From a virus, in the IMG/VR virus record IMGVR_UViG_3300025400_000011, positions 1 through 64,000 of that record: 64,000 nucleotides of DNA; one strand, written 5' to 3'. Below the pieces are notes generated by a model. That model did not search any database. It was not told where the DNA came from and worked only from the letters and a program-made list of their open reading frames with translations. Of the stretch, positions 1-9,558 are shown piece after piece. The position numbers were made by a program, and so were the translations under genes. Within the stretch, counting starts at the first letter, position 1. Each line of letters starts with the position of its first letter.

Positions 1-2
1 TA

Positions 3-794
3 GATGAACCCACTATTTACAATCACGGTTATTTACCCTATTTTTTAACGATAGAAGATCAAGGTTTTTCAGCGCAGTATTTGTTTACCAAAAAAACAAA
101 ACTTTTTACTGCTTTAGCTAGATCAGTCAGACTTTACAAACTCTTATTTATACAAGAACTACTTAAACGTAATCTTTACAACGATAACAGTATTATTTCT
201 TGCGGAGTTAACGTACAAGATGAAGATAAAAAAATGTATGAAGAGTTAGATAATAGATATAAAGGTATGTTTCCTATACTTGTGGATAGCACTATTGATA
301 ACCAAAAAAGTCACCTTATATGGATGAATTTTACTTACAACCATGAGTATTTTTCCGAATGTCTATTAAATGTAGTTATTGAGTCGAGCTATACAAATGA
401 TCCCTATATTACTAAAAACGGGGTTATTAAAAGCCTTACCAACCATAGTACTAGATTATTTTTAACTGAAAAAACTACCAAAGCTTTTTTTTGGAAACAA
501 ATACCGATATTTTTAGCACCACCGGGTTATGTAAAAAAGATAAGAGATATGGGGTTCGATGTGTTTGATGATGTTATCAATCACAGTTATGATGAAGTAC
601 TAGATGGTTATAAAAGAATGGTTTTAGTTACAAACGAAGTAGAGAGGCTTTCTAAGCAAGGTTTACACAGTATACTAGATTCTACTTTAAATTTACATAA
701 TAGACTTTTTTATAATCAAAACCATATAAATACCGCTAAAAACAGCGTTAACGTTAAGCTTAACAACATTTTAAGCAATTTTATTAAACAGTAG
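3..794 (+). CDS. 5'-truncated glycosyltransferase family 10-like phage protein
   Basis: Frame is open from nt 3, so the gene starts before the window. The FLTEKTTKAF..QIPIFL..PGY...RDMGFDVFDD.INHSYD motif resembles the GT10-like 'TEK' C-terminal domain seen in large phages. Confidence 0.5.
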   Translation, partial: DEPTIYNHGYLPYFLTIEDQGFSAQYLFTKKTKLFTALARSVRLYKLLFIQELLKRNLYNDNSIISCGVNVQDEDKKMYEELDNRYKGMFPILVDSTIDNQKSHLIWMNFTYNHEYFSECLLNVVIESSYTNDPYITKNGVIKSLTNHSTRLFLTEKTTKAFFWKQIPIFLAPPGYVKKIRDMGFDVFDDVINHSYDEVLDGYKRMVLVTNEVERLSKQGLHSILDSTLNLHNRLFYNQNHINTAKNSVNVKLNNILSNFIKQ

Positions 795-850
795 CAGATA
801 TACTAAACTAAAAATATTTGCAAGGAAGTTGCTATTTTTTGTTTATAATA

Positions 851-858
851 TATAAATA
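851..858 (+). promoter_or_regulatory. T4-type late promoter TATAAATA
   Basis: Exact T4 late consensus, 6 nt upstream of ATG 865. Confidence 0.7.
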
Positions 859-864
859 TAGAGT

Positions 865-1596
865 ATGAAGAAACTATTAACATTCCTCGCATTGTCATTA
901 ATCGCAATCGTTGTAAATGCTGCTCCAGTTAGCGGTGACTTAGACCTCGGATTTACTTCAAAGTTAATCCAACAAGGTCAATTAGTTGGCACTAACTATG
1001 CAACAGCTGGCGTTGATACAAATGTATACGGCATTGATCTTGCTGTAACAGCATTTGACAAAGTTAGCGACACAACCACAACTTCAGTTGTAGCTGGTAA
1101 AACAGTATCAACAACCGATGCTTCTGGTCTAAAGCGCGTTTATTTCGATGCTGGTTACAAGTTCACGTCCCCTCTCGCTGACTTAACACTCGGTGCTGAG
1201 TTGAGACACGTAAATGCAGCAGAAGCCGCTGGTCAAGCTAATCACAACTTCTTACCATTTGTAAAATTAAGTGGTAGTTGGTTTGGTGGTCATCTTAACT
1301 GGCAAGGCCGCGCTCTTAACGACACAGTCAATCGCAGCAACAACTATGAGTTCGGTGTTAATACACCAATCAATACGTTCGGTGCATTGAAGGTTGTCCC
1401 AGCACTAGTTGTTGGCTTTAACGATCCAGGCGCTGCTACTATTGCTGCACTAAAGAACGTTAAGAAGTACTACCAACCAGGCGTTGGCCTTGAGTTCCAT
1501 GGTGTAACAGCAAACTTATTTGCTCAACGCACTTCATTAACAGACTCAGCAGCTCAGATTACAGGCTACAACGTCGGCTACAAATTCAAGTTCTAA
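865..1596 (+). CDS. Outer-membrane beta-barrel protein with Sec signal peptide
   Basis: N-terminal MKKLLTFLALSLIAIVVNA signal peptide, amphipathic beta strands and C-terminal YNVGYKFKF (BAM-type terminal Phe). Confidence 0.75.
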   Translation: MKKLLTFLALSLIAIVVNAAPVSGDLDLGFTSKLIQQGQLVGTNYATAGVDTNVYGIDLAVTAFDKVSDTTTTSVVAGKTVSTTDASGLKRVYFDAGYKFTSPLADLTLGAELRHVNAAEAAGQANHNFLPFVKLSGSWFGGHLNWQGRALNDTVNRSNNYEFGVNTPINTFGALKVVPALVVGFNDPGAATIAALKNVKKYYQPGVGLEFHGVTANLFAQRTSLTDSAAQITGYNVGYKFKF

Positions 1597-1626
1597 TATT
1601 AGAACTTTTCACACCCTCAAACAACT

Positions 1627-1656
1627 AACCCCTCACTTCGGTGCAGGGGTTTTTTT
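1627..1656 (+). terminator. Rho-independent terminator with cUUCGg tetraloop
   Basis: AACCCCTCAC-TTCG-GTGCAGGGGTT followed by a T run, directly after the beta-barrel gene. Confidence 0.85.
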
Positions 1657-1857
1657 ATGTTCATTAATATGGAACTGAAGTGCTCTATTTAACAACAAAG
1701 CAAACTTTTTTAGATCCATACCTGCTTTTTCCTGTATAGCAAACTCTTCTTTAAGAGCTTTTAAAAATGGTTCGGATAACTTAAGAGTCTTAGGATAGAA
1801 TATACGCTGCTTTTTTTCTAGCATTCCGTATTGTTCCATTAGTTCTTCAAATTTCAT
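1633..1857 (-). CDS. Small hypothetical protein, possible head-internal protein
   Basis: 74 aa. TAAATA lies 7 nt upstream. N-terminus MKFEELME resembles T4-like capsid-targeting leaders. Confidence 0.5.
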   Translation of the reverse strand: MKFEELMEQYGMLEKKQRIFYPKTLKLSEPFLKALKEEFAIQEKAGMDLKKFALLLNRALQFHINEHKKTPAPK

Positions 1858-1867
1858 TTAACTATAT

Positions 1868-2839
1868 TTATCCCTCTTGTTGGTTAATCCTACTAAGAAT
1901 CCAGTTATAAGTTTGAGTAAGGCCATACTCTAGAGTATCCTTAGGTTTCCACCCTAGTACTTCTTGGATTTTCCCATTATCACTACATCTACCTACTACA
2001 CCACGTGGACCGGGTACATGTTTTATATTAATGGATTTTCCGGCTATTTTAGCTACTATTGCTGCAAGCTCGTTTATGCTTATCTGTCTATCACTACCTA
2101 GATTTAAAGGTTTGTCATAACTACTTGCCATTAACTGGTGTATACCATAAACACATTCATCTACATATAAAAAACTTCTAGTTTGAGTACCATCTCCCCA
2201 TACCTCTATTTCATCTGTAGCTTCTGCTACTTTTCTGCATATTGCAGCTGGAGACTTCTCTTTACCGTTGTTCCAACTACCTAGTGGTCCAAATATATTA
2301 TGAAACCGTGCTATTCTTACCTGTAGCCCATGATTTCTTGCATGAGACATATATAAACGTTCACTAAAAAGCTTCTCCCACCCGTATTCACTATCTGGGT
2401 TAGCTGGGTATGCGTCTTCTTCTTTTAAAGCTGGACTATCTGTTTTTGTTTGAGCTTCTGCAGGATATGCGCATGCACTAGAAGAATAAAATATTTTATT
2501 ACAAGTTTTATATTTTAATAAAGAACGTAATATATTAAGATTAATAGTAGCGCTGTTTTGCATTATATGTGCGTCATTATTACCTGTAAATATATATCCT
2601 GCACCACCCATATCTGCAGCGAGCTGGTATATTTCATCTACTTGATTACCGAGTAAGTTATCTACCAAACTTTGATCTATTAAATCGTATAAGTAGAACT
2701 CATCTGCATCAGTTTTAGAATATTCAGGGTATTTTAAATCAGCACCAATAACATAATAACCTTTTTGTTTTAAGCTGGTTACTAAATGGGTACCTATAAA
2801 CCCGCCCGCTCCACACACTATTACTTTTTTATTACTCAT
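1868..2839 (-). CDS. NAD-dependent NDP-sugar epimerase (GDP-mannose 3',5'-epimerase-like)
   Basis: GAGGFIG Rossmann motif, QLAADMGGAGYI, SSSACAYP, YGWEK catalytic YxxxK, RFHNIFGP and WGDGTQTRSF. Confidence 0.9.
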   Translation of the reverse strand: MSNKKVIVCGAGGFIGTHLVTSLKQKGYYVIGADLKYPEYSKTDADEFYLYDLIDQSLVDNLLGNQVDEIYQLAADMGGAGYIFTGNNDAHIMQNSATINLNILRSLLKYKTCNKIFYSSSACAYPAEAQTKTDSPALKEEDAYPANPDSEYGWEKLFSERLYMSHARNHGLQVRIARFHNIFGPLGSWNNGKEKSPAAICRKVAEATDEIEVWGDGTQTRSFLYVDECVYGIHQLMASSYDKPLNLGSDRQISINELAAIVAKIAGKSINIKHVPGPRGVVGRCSDNGKIQEVLGWKPKDTLEYGLTQTYNWILSRINQQEG

Positions 2840-3615
2840 ATTAATGGTTTAATTTGTTCGTATATTATATTTGCTAAATACTTATAACCCTCGTAAGATG
2901 GGTGCGGCTTGTTTTGAGCTATCCATTCCGGTTTAAAAATAATATCATTATCTATAAACGGCAGTTTATACTTTATATAATCTTTTATAGTTTGAGAGCG
3001 ATAAGCATGATGATCAGGGTCATACGTTTTATGCCAAAAAAAATGTTTAACTCCAAAACTTTTAAACATATCACTCATAGAAGTAAAACACATTATATCT
3101 TTATACATTTCCTGTTGCTTAGAGTTTGTTTTAATCCATACCTGATTGATATCTGTACCATCTTTTTCGTCATCGGGTAATGGTATTTTATTTTGAGTTG
3201 TGTTTGTAATGTAGTACGGTGGCGGTAGTGTTACTGTACTAAATCTGGGCGCAACCAATCGCCATCTAAAAGGATCATTTTCAGTGTTACGCTCATATGT
3301 GTTTATAGGCGATTTTGGTACGTAATATTCAAACCGCTGCCCATCGGTCCATTGTATAATGGCTATAGTTTCTTTCAAGTGTTCAGGTGTTTGGTTACAC
3401 AACCAATCAAATGTGGTTCTAATAATACGCTCATTACTACCGCACCCCATAGATAGGTTTATTACTTCATCTGCACTTAACTTTTTACCCAGTAAATACG
3501 GCCAGGTAATTTTAAAACGTGTAGTGTTAGGATCTACATACGGAGTATACGTATCATCTTCAAAATCATAACCTGCTCCCCAGGTCCAGCAACATCCGTT
3601 TGTAAATAAAATCAT
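2836..3615 (-). CDS. SGNH/GDSL-like hydrolase-fold protein (start revised to ATG 3615)
   Basis: MILFTNGCCWTWG block I, NLSMGCGSNERI block II, IIQWT and C-terminal HPSYEGY. ATG 3615 follows the upstream stop at 3617. Confidence 0.6.
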   Translation of the reverse strand: MILFTNGCCWTWGAGYDFEDDTYTPYVDPNTTRFKITWPYLLGKKLSADEVINLSMGCGSNERIIRTTFDWLCNQTPEHLKETIAIIQWTDGQRFEYYVPKSPINTYERNTENDPFRWRLVAPRFSTVTLPPPYYITNTTQNKIPLPDDEKDGTDINQVWIKTNSKQQEMYKDIMCFTSMSDMFKSFGVKHFFWHKTYDPDHHAYRSQTIKDYIKYKLPFIDNDIIFKPEWIAQNKPHPSYEGYKYLANIIYEQIKPLI

Positions 3616-3616
3616 A

Positions 3617-4270
3617 TTACCACCAGGAACTACCGTCAATAAATAAAGAGTGTCCGTTTTGCTCTTTTGTAATGTTTTTAATAGTATTGAGCAGTGCTGT
3701 TGAACGTTCTTGCCAAACCTTCTCTTCAAACAGACCTGGATGAGGATTTATACAGAAAAATATACCTGGATGGTTGACGCTTGCAAAACCCCGAGCCATA
3801 GAAACATTTGTATATTTTTTTGCACCATACCCCGCCCATTGCCAGCACCCTTTTAGTTCAACTTCATTTTTTATAAAACCGGTTACCATCCAACCAATTT
3901 TAGTGTTATCGTTTATTTTACTTTCTAGTTTTTTAACTAAAAATACTGGTAATTGACAATCAGTCCAAAAACGATTAGCCCACATTTTAACATTACCTTC
4001 ATTAAAATCATTACCATTTTTTAAGCACCACTCTCCAGGATCATCTCCACCGTTTTGACTAAAAAATATTAAATCTAAATCAGGTAAAGTGTTTGCTATT
4101 TGTTCTGCTTGTTGTACACTTAAATTATTCCAATCTACCTTAATAGTAGTAACTCCATTAATATTCATATCTTTGCTTGTTACTACATAGCAATGATAGC
4201 CGTTATTAACTAAAGTTTGGGTGAAATTTACACCCCACTTACTACCCGTGCCTAATAATAATGCATTCAT
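3617..4270 (-). CDS. Short-chain dehydrogenase/reductase-like protein
   Basis: ALLLGTGSKWG glycine motif, DLIFFSQN, YGAKK (YxxxK) and C-terminal FIDG. Confidence 0.65.
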   Translation of the reverse strand: MNALLLGTGSKWGVNFTQTLVNNGYHCYVVTSKDMNINGVTTIKVDWNNLSVQQAEQIANTLPDLDLIFFSQNGGDDPGEWCLKNGNDFNEGNVKMWANRFWTDCQLPVFLVKKLESKINDNTKIGWMVTGFIKNEVELKGCWQWAGYGAKKYTNVSMARGFASVNHPGIFFCINPHPGLFEEKVWQERSTALLNTIKNITKEQNGHSLFIDGSSWW

Positions 4271-5526
4271 ATATTGTTATAAAAATCTTCTAAGTCTTTA
4301 TTTTGAGATATTATTTTTTTAAAAGTAATAGTTTCATGAGACCTATTCTCTTCTAAATAAACTATTTCATCAGTGGCTCTTTTTAATTGTTTTCTATATT
4401 CTCCATCTGCATCTACTTCAAAAAACTCTTGACTGTATAGAAAGTTAATGTAGCTTTTAAACTTATCCATTACAAGGTTGTTTTCATTAGCATATTTTTG
4501 TAGAAATGCATCACATATATCTTGTACTATTTTCTTGGGTATAGTTCTTGGGCATAACAAGTTAGTAGCATTGTCTGCATGGCATGTTTGAAAATCTGGT
4601 ATAACAGCAAACTCTTTACATAAGCTGTACAGATTATCGAAATCAAATAAGGTAGGTGTATTAACTGTAATAGAAAGTATTAGCTCTAAGTTATCATTAC
4701 TGTTTCTGTATTCTACTAACTTAGCAAAGTTTAACCTCCATTTAAAGTAATCAAGATTCGATCTTATCCATTCCCCTATTTCTCCGGTACCATCTAAACT
4801 ACAGAAAAACTTAATTTTTTTAAAATGCTTAAAACATTCAGTTAGTTCTAAGTCTTTATACTTTATTGTAGATAAGTTGCTATGATATCTTAATATTACG
4901 TTTTTTGCGTAATTTTTATCTATTAAGTTCTTTAATACGTCCCAATGAGTTTTCCAAAACATTGGCTCCCCACCAGCCCAATACAACTCTAATAAGTTCT
5001 TGAGTATATCTTCATTATTAAACTCGCTATCTATTATCTCTACACTTCTTTCTCTTTCTTCTTTGTTTAACATACCATACTGTAGTGGTATATTGTTACG
5101 AGTCTTTTCATTTTGTATTTGTGTAGAATACTCTTCTGTACACATTTTACATTTAAAGTTACAAACATTAGTTCTATAATCTAATGTTTGAGGTAACTGA
5201 TTGTATGTGCCATCTTCTGATGTGTTCTTTAAAATATCTTCTGTTCTATGAGCAAACTCTGTATTGAAGTATGTTTTATATGTATAAACGTTAACAGTCT
5301 TTCCGTGGCAACGCTCACATTCTGATAACGACTCTCCTCGCATCATTTTACGTCTTATTTCTTTCATTTGCTCGCTATTCCAAAACTCTTCTAATGACAA
5401 GTTTTTTCCAAAGTTATCATTTGAAACAGCACATAAGCATCTCTTACCTTGTGGAGAAATGTAGGAATGTATCCAAGGAACAAGACAAAATGAGTTGTTA
5501 TCCTTTAATACTTTATCAGCTTCCAT
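4267..5526 (-). CDS. Radical SAM protein with N-terminal twitch/SPASM-like domain
   Basis: CNFKCKMC (CxxxCxxC), AGGEP and SLDG motifs. N-terminal FCLVPW..C.C...WNS...IR..M......CERC. Confidence 0.85.
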   Translation of the reverse strand: MEADKVLKDNNSFCLVPWIHSYISPQGKRCLCAVSNDNFGKNLSLEEFWNSEQMKEIRRKMMRGESLSECERCHGKTVNVYTYKTYFNTEFAHRTEDILKNTSEDGTYNQLPQTLDYRTNVCNFKCKMCTEEYSTQIQNEKTRNNIPLQYGMLNKEERERSVEIIDSEFNNEDILKNLLELYWAGGEPMFWKTHWDVLKNLIDKNYAKNVILRYHSNLSTIKYKDLELTECFKHFKKIKFFCSLDGTGEIGEWIRSNLDYFKWRLNFAKLVEYRNSNDNLELILSITVNTPTLFDFDNLYSLCKEFAVIPDFQTCHADNATNLLCPRTIPKKIVQDICDAFLQKYANENNLVMDKFKSYINFLYSQEFFEVDADGEYRKQLKRATDEIVYLEENRSHETITFKKIISQNKDLEDFYNNI

Positions 5527-5622
5527 ATATTATTTTAATTATAAAATGTTTAAAAATATCTATACCATTAGCTTGATTTCCTAAGAATAAACTATACTAT
5601 AGTAACATAACTAATACATACT

Positions 5623-6117
5623 ATGTCAAAAGAAGAATACGTTAAACTACAAGCTGTTATCGCTGCATTGCAAAAGACTGTTGAAGATCAAGAAAAGATT
5701 GATGAAATCCTTGATCTCTTAAGCAATGCTACAGTAGCTGTTGATGAAGCTGCTAAAACGGAAGAAGAAGCGGTTGATGCTTCTGAAGAAACCGGTAATG
5801 ATGAGGAAAGCGAACCAAAACCAAAGCAACAATACGTTATGCTTGTATCCGACACTAATAAGATTATTACAAAGGATCTAGTAGGTTGGGTATTACAGAT
5901 TCCAGAAGATGATGATGTAGCTACTGTTATAGATTCTATTAAGAATGGTGCTTATAACTTTAATGCCTCTAAGAAAGGCCAAAAGTATCCAGTATCATCT
6001 ATTGGTCAAGCTATTGCTAATGTACCAAACAAGTTCTTTAAGACAAACAATCTAAAGATTAAGACTAAAGAACCTGTACAGATTATTACAACTAATAATG
6101 TGTTACCAAGATCTTAA
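5623..6117 (+). CDS. Hypothetical acidic protein
   Basis: 164-aa ORF with phage-like codon usage. A TTGATT-N16-TACTAT sigma70-like element lies upstream (5573-5600). Confidence 0.7.
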   Translation: MSKEEYVKLQAVIAALQKTVEDQEKIDEILDLLSNATVAVDEAAKTEEEAVDASEETGNDEESEPKPKQQYVMLVSDTNKIITKDLVGWVLQIPEDDDVATVIDSIKNGAYNFNASKKGQKYPVSSIGQAIANVPNKFFKTNNLKIKTKEPVQIITTNNVLPRS

Positions 6118-8297
6118 GGAGTAGGCACTATAGCTGGTCCTACTAGAGTTGAACCAGGACCATTAGGGCCAGCTATTGTAGGTGCATCTTTAAGTAAGAA
6201 CTTTGTTGGTGGTGGTATACCAACAGTAGAGCTTCTACCGTCGCTACGGCCTTCATGACCGATAGCTTTATTATCGCTAACACCAATCTTAGAAGCAGCA
6301 TAAGCGTTAAATGGACTTGGTCCAACTGGTGGTTGTGCAAGTAAAGTGAGTGGTAAGTTCTTGAATACGTGAGTGTGTGGTTGTGCAATAGTTAATACAC
6401 CTGCACCAGCTGTATTTAAATCTACCGTACCTGCATTAATCTGCAATGTTACTGCTGTTTCTTTAGTAAGACTACCGCTTACTGTTAGAGGTGGTATGAT
6501 AACAGTTATACTACCTTGCATATTAGATCTAGAAATAGACCAACCACTACCTGGTGCACCAGCAGGACTTACACCGCCCGGGGCAGCTGGTCCTTTGGCG
6601 ACTATTTGAGTACTTTCTGTTACTTGGTATTCTATAGGAGCGGTTACGTGATTTACAAACATTTCACCTTCTACGTAAGCACCACCCCCGATAATAACGT
6701 TCTTTGATACACCTAAAGTGCTATCTACTACCACCTGTCCACCGATTTTATTTCTTAAGTTTAAAGTATCTGCATCAATGGTAACAAGACTACCATTAAT
6801 AGCGATTTGACCATCTTGAGAGCCTAGCGTAATAAGATCGCCTCTTACTTCAGTGGTGCCGCTAGCTATCTTCAAGTTACCTAATGTACGTAACTGCATA
6901 CCACCAGAACCAGCATCAACACTAAACTTGTTCATTGCATGTATGGTATAGTTACCACCAGGCATATCCGGTACATATAGTTCTGCAAACGCTGGAAAGT
7001 TATAAGGTCTAGTTTTAAACGTACCTGTAGGCAAATCTGGGGATATGCTTTGTATTCCGTTTAAACCATCAGTCAATATACCAGCTATATCTGATACATA
7101 AGCTTTAGCAGTGTTACGCTTTATACCCACTGTTACTACTTTATGTTTTGTGATAAACTCAAAGCTATTACCACCAAACCCCATTTCTTTTTCTTGTTCA
7201 GATAAAGGATTCACCACACTAGCTAACTGCGCAGCTAACTTTGCTGGATCGGTTATACCTGTTAAAGTACTATATATGTCACTCCATATTGATGTTGCTT
7301 TTGTACTGAAGTTACCAACCTTTAAGAAGTGATCTCCGTTAATGATATTATCACTAGTACGTCCTACATATAAGTTATTATGACCTTTTACAGTCTCAAA
7401 CTTATCAGCTAGGGTTAGTAACTGAAAGTTCTTAGGATTAAACAGAGCAGTAAAGTAGTTATTCATTTCATGATAACCACCACCGAAATGGGTCACCTTA
7501 TATGCTTCTCTATCAGTAGTATTAATAAACTCAATAGCAGCTGCACGCTGGTTAATAACCATCTTATTACGATAAGTTAAATGATCGTTTGTAGCACCTT
7601 GAGAAGCGTTTTTATCCTTATTTTCAAATGAATCTGGGTAATCAGGATAAGCACTACCTGCTTGATAGATACTGCTAAAATCGTTTTGTCCAAAAGCAGC
7701 AGCAAAGTAAACAGGTACTAATGGACTACCATCTCTAAAAAACACCCACACATGTGCACCTACATTAGGAACAGAAAATATACCCTTAGCAGCATTAGAG
7801 TATGTAGAGGGTTTATAGAGATCTGAATACTGATTAAAGTTTTGACTGTTTATCTTAGCTGTATTACCAAATGCATCACTCACCGGATGAGATTCAAAAT
7901 ACGAACCAGGTTTACCACCTTTGTTCTCTGGGTCAATGCTAGTTGCTGAAGAAGAGTTAGCATAGTTACTATTAGGTAACCCATATACTAAAGGAGCATC
8001 TGATACAGAGTTAACATCTGCATAAGCATTATAATAACCAGGGGTAGAAGCACCCATTATCGGGCTACACTGTTCTGCCCATGGTAACTGAGCTTTTAAA
8101 TCTGGTAATATTTGACTTAAGTTTTCTCCATTAGGTGTACCTGGAAAAGAAAACGTTTGATCTTGTTTTAACTGATTCCACTTGTTATAAACAATAGTAG
8201 ATATGTGAGGTACCCATACTTTCACTCTACCACGGTAATCAGGGTCATCGTTCTGTACAACTATGCCTACGTATATGCTATTAAATTGTTCTGTCAT
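6114..8297 (-). CDS. Baseplate central spike, gp5/VgrG-like OB-fold protein
   Basis: DDPDYRGRVKVWVP and FSVPNVGAHVWVFFRDG..PVYF (gp5 OB fold), beta-helix-like middle, HTH (QPHTHVF) apex motif. No lysozyme domain recognised. Confidence 0.8.
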   Translation of the reverse strand: MTEQFNSIYVGIVVQNDDPDYRGRVKVWVPHISTIVYNKWNQLKQDQTFSFPGTPNGENLSQILPDLKAQLPWAEQCSPIMGASTPGYYNAYADVNSVSDAPLVYGLPNSNYANSSSATSIDPENKGGKPGSYFESHPVSDAFGNTAKINSQNFNQYSDLYKPSTYSNAAKGIFSVPNVGAHVWVFFRDGSPLVPVYFAAAFGQNDFSSIYQAGSAYPDYPDSFENKDKNASQGATNDHLTYRNKMVINQRAAAIEFINTTDREAYKVTHFGGGYHEMNNYFTALFNPKNFQLLTLADKFETVKGHNNLYVGRTSDNIINGDHFLKVGNFSTKATSIWSDIYSTLTGITDPAKLAAQLASVVNPLSEQEKEMGFGGNSFEFITKHKVVTVGIKRNTAKAYVSDIAGILTDGLNGIQSISPDLPTGTFKTRPYNFPAFAELYVPDMPGGNYTIHAMNKFSVDAGSGGMQLRTLGNLKIASGTTEVRGDLITLGSQDGQIAINGSLVTIDADTLNLRNKIGGQVVVDSTLGVSKNVIIGGGAYVEGEMFVNHVTAPIEYQVTESTQIVAKGPAAPGGVSPAGAPGSGWSISRSNMQGSITVIIPPLTVSGSLTKETAVTLQINAGTVDLNTAGAGVLTIAQPHTHVFKNLPLTLLAQPPVGPSPFNAYAASKIGVSDNKAIGHEGRSDGRSSTVGIPPPTKFLLKDAPTIAGPNGPGSTLVGPAIVPTP

Positions 8298-9550
8298 GTG
8301 TTAGGAGGGTTTTGCACTGTATTAATACTTATCACTGAAGGATTACCATCACTCTTAACAGTACCTGGTATAATAGTAACTTTATTACTATTTAAGTTCG
8401 TTACGGCATTATTAGTTTGATAGTTTAATCCTACTGTTGTACCACCAACACTTACTACACTGTTAAAGCCTTGCACGGTAGCTGGTAAACGTTGTACAGT
8501 GTTAACAGTATTTTTAAGAAGATTGGTTTCCGTATTTAAAGTACCAGCAATACTACCTATACCCTGTTGTACAGTAGCTACAACTGTCTTAGTAGCTGCT
8601 AGCACTCCTTCAGCAGTATTCAGTACACTCTTTGCTGCACTTGCATAGCTCTGTAACTGTTGTAACACCTTAGTTACTGCAGTTGGGTTACCTACATTTA
8701 AGCCAAGCAACTTACCTATTGAAGGTAACTGTTTAATCTTATCTTTAATATATTGCTTTACATTAAAGATAGCTTCAGATAACATTCTACCTGGTGTTTT
8801 AATAGCGTTGTTAATCTTATCAACTGTATGATTAATGTTTTCAGTAATCTGATCAACATTCCAGTTCGAGTTGTTTTCTAAGTTACCGGTAAGGTTAGTA
8901 GCAAAAGGTATCTTTACTTTTAGTACTCCGTACTTTGTCTTAATACCAGCTTGTAAACTAAATGAAGCACCTTGATAAGCTAAAGCTTGACGTAAAAAGT
9001 TATTTGAACCTAAACCAAAGCCTTTAGGTGTAACGTTTTGATACAGTTTTAACAAATCGTTATTAAGAGAGTCTAACTCTTTAAACACATTTGATATAAC
9101 CTTGTTCTGTATAGGTAATGCAATAGGATCTCTACCAAAGTTAGGATTAGTATAGTCTGTATTGTTCGTACCATACGCTAAAGTACCTACCGAGTCTGAA
9201 AAGTTTTGATATATGTCAGGATAGTTAGCACTTAACTGTGCTACCACTTCTGGGTGGGAATAAAACATTGCCTGATCCCACCAACCATCTATCCATTGAG
9301 GGTTCAAAGCAGATAAAGGTTTAGTTATAGTGAACACTGGTTGTGGTGCTACTATATCAATACACGGATCATTTAAGTGTGTAAAAAAGTCTATTTGAGA
9401 ACCAATCGGATTAGAAGAAAACTTGGTACTATAATAAGCTTTAGCTATATTGTTCTCATTTGGATACCCTACTGCAGAATATCCAGGCACAACAGTAAGC
9501 GTATTATAATAGTCATACGTTTTTATTACTTGTTGTGCACTTAGAGCCAT
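8294..9550 (-). CDS. Putative baseplate/virion structural protein
   Basis: Lies in the baseplate operon, overlaps the gp5-like start (ATGA) and has a late motif upstream. Confidence 0.5.
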   Translation of the reverse strand: MALSAQQVIKTYDYYNTLTVVPGYSAVGYPNENNIAKAYYSTKFSSNPIGSQIDFFTHLNDPCIDIVAPQPVFTITKPLSALNPQWIDGWWDQAMFYSHPEVVAQLSANYPDIYQNFSDSVGTLAYGTNNTDYTNPNFGRDPIALPIQNKVISNVFKELDSLNNDLLKLYQNVTPKGFGLGSNNFLRQALAYQGASFSLQAGIKTKYGVLKVKIPFATNLTGNLENNSNWNVDQITENINHTVDKINNAIKTPGRMLSEAIFNVKQYIKDKIKQLPSIGKLLGLNVGNPTAVTKVLQQLQSYASAAKSVLNTAEGVLAATKTVVATVQQGIGSIAGTLNTETNLLKNTVNTVQRLPATVQGFNSVVSVGGTTVGLNYQTNNAVTNLNSNKVTIIPGTVKSDGNPSVISINTVQNPPNT

Positions 9551-9558
9551 ATTATTAC

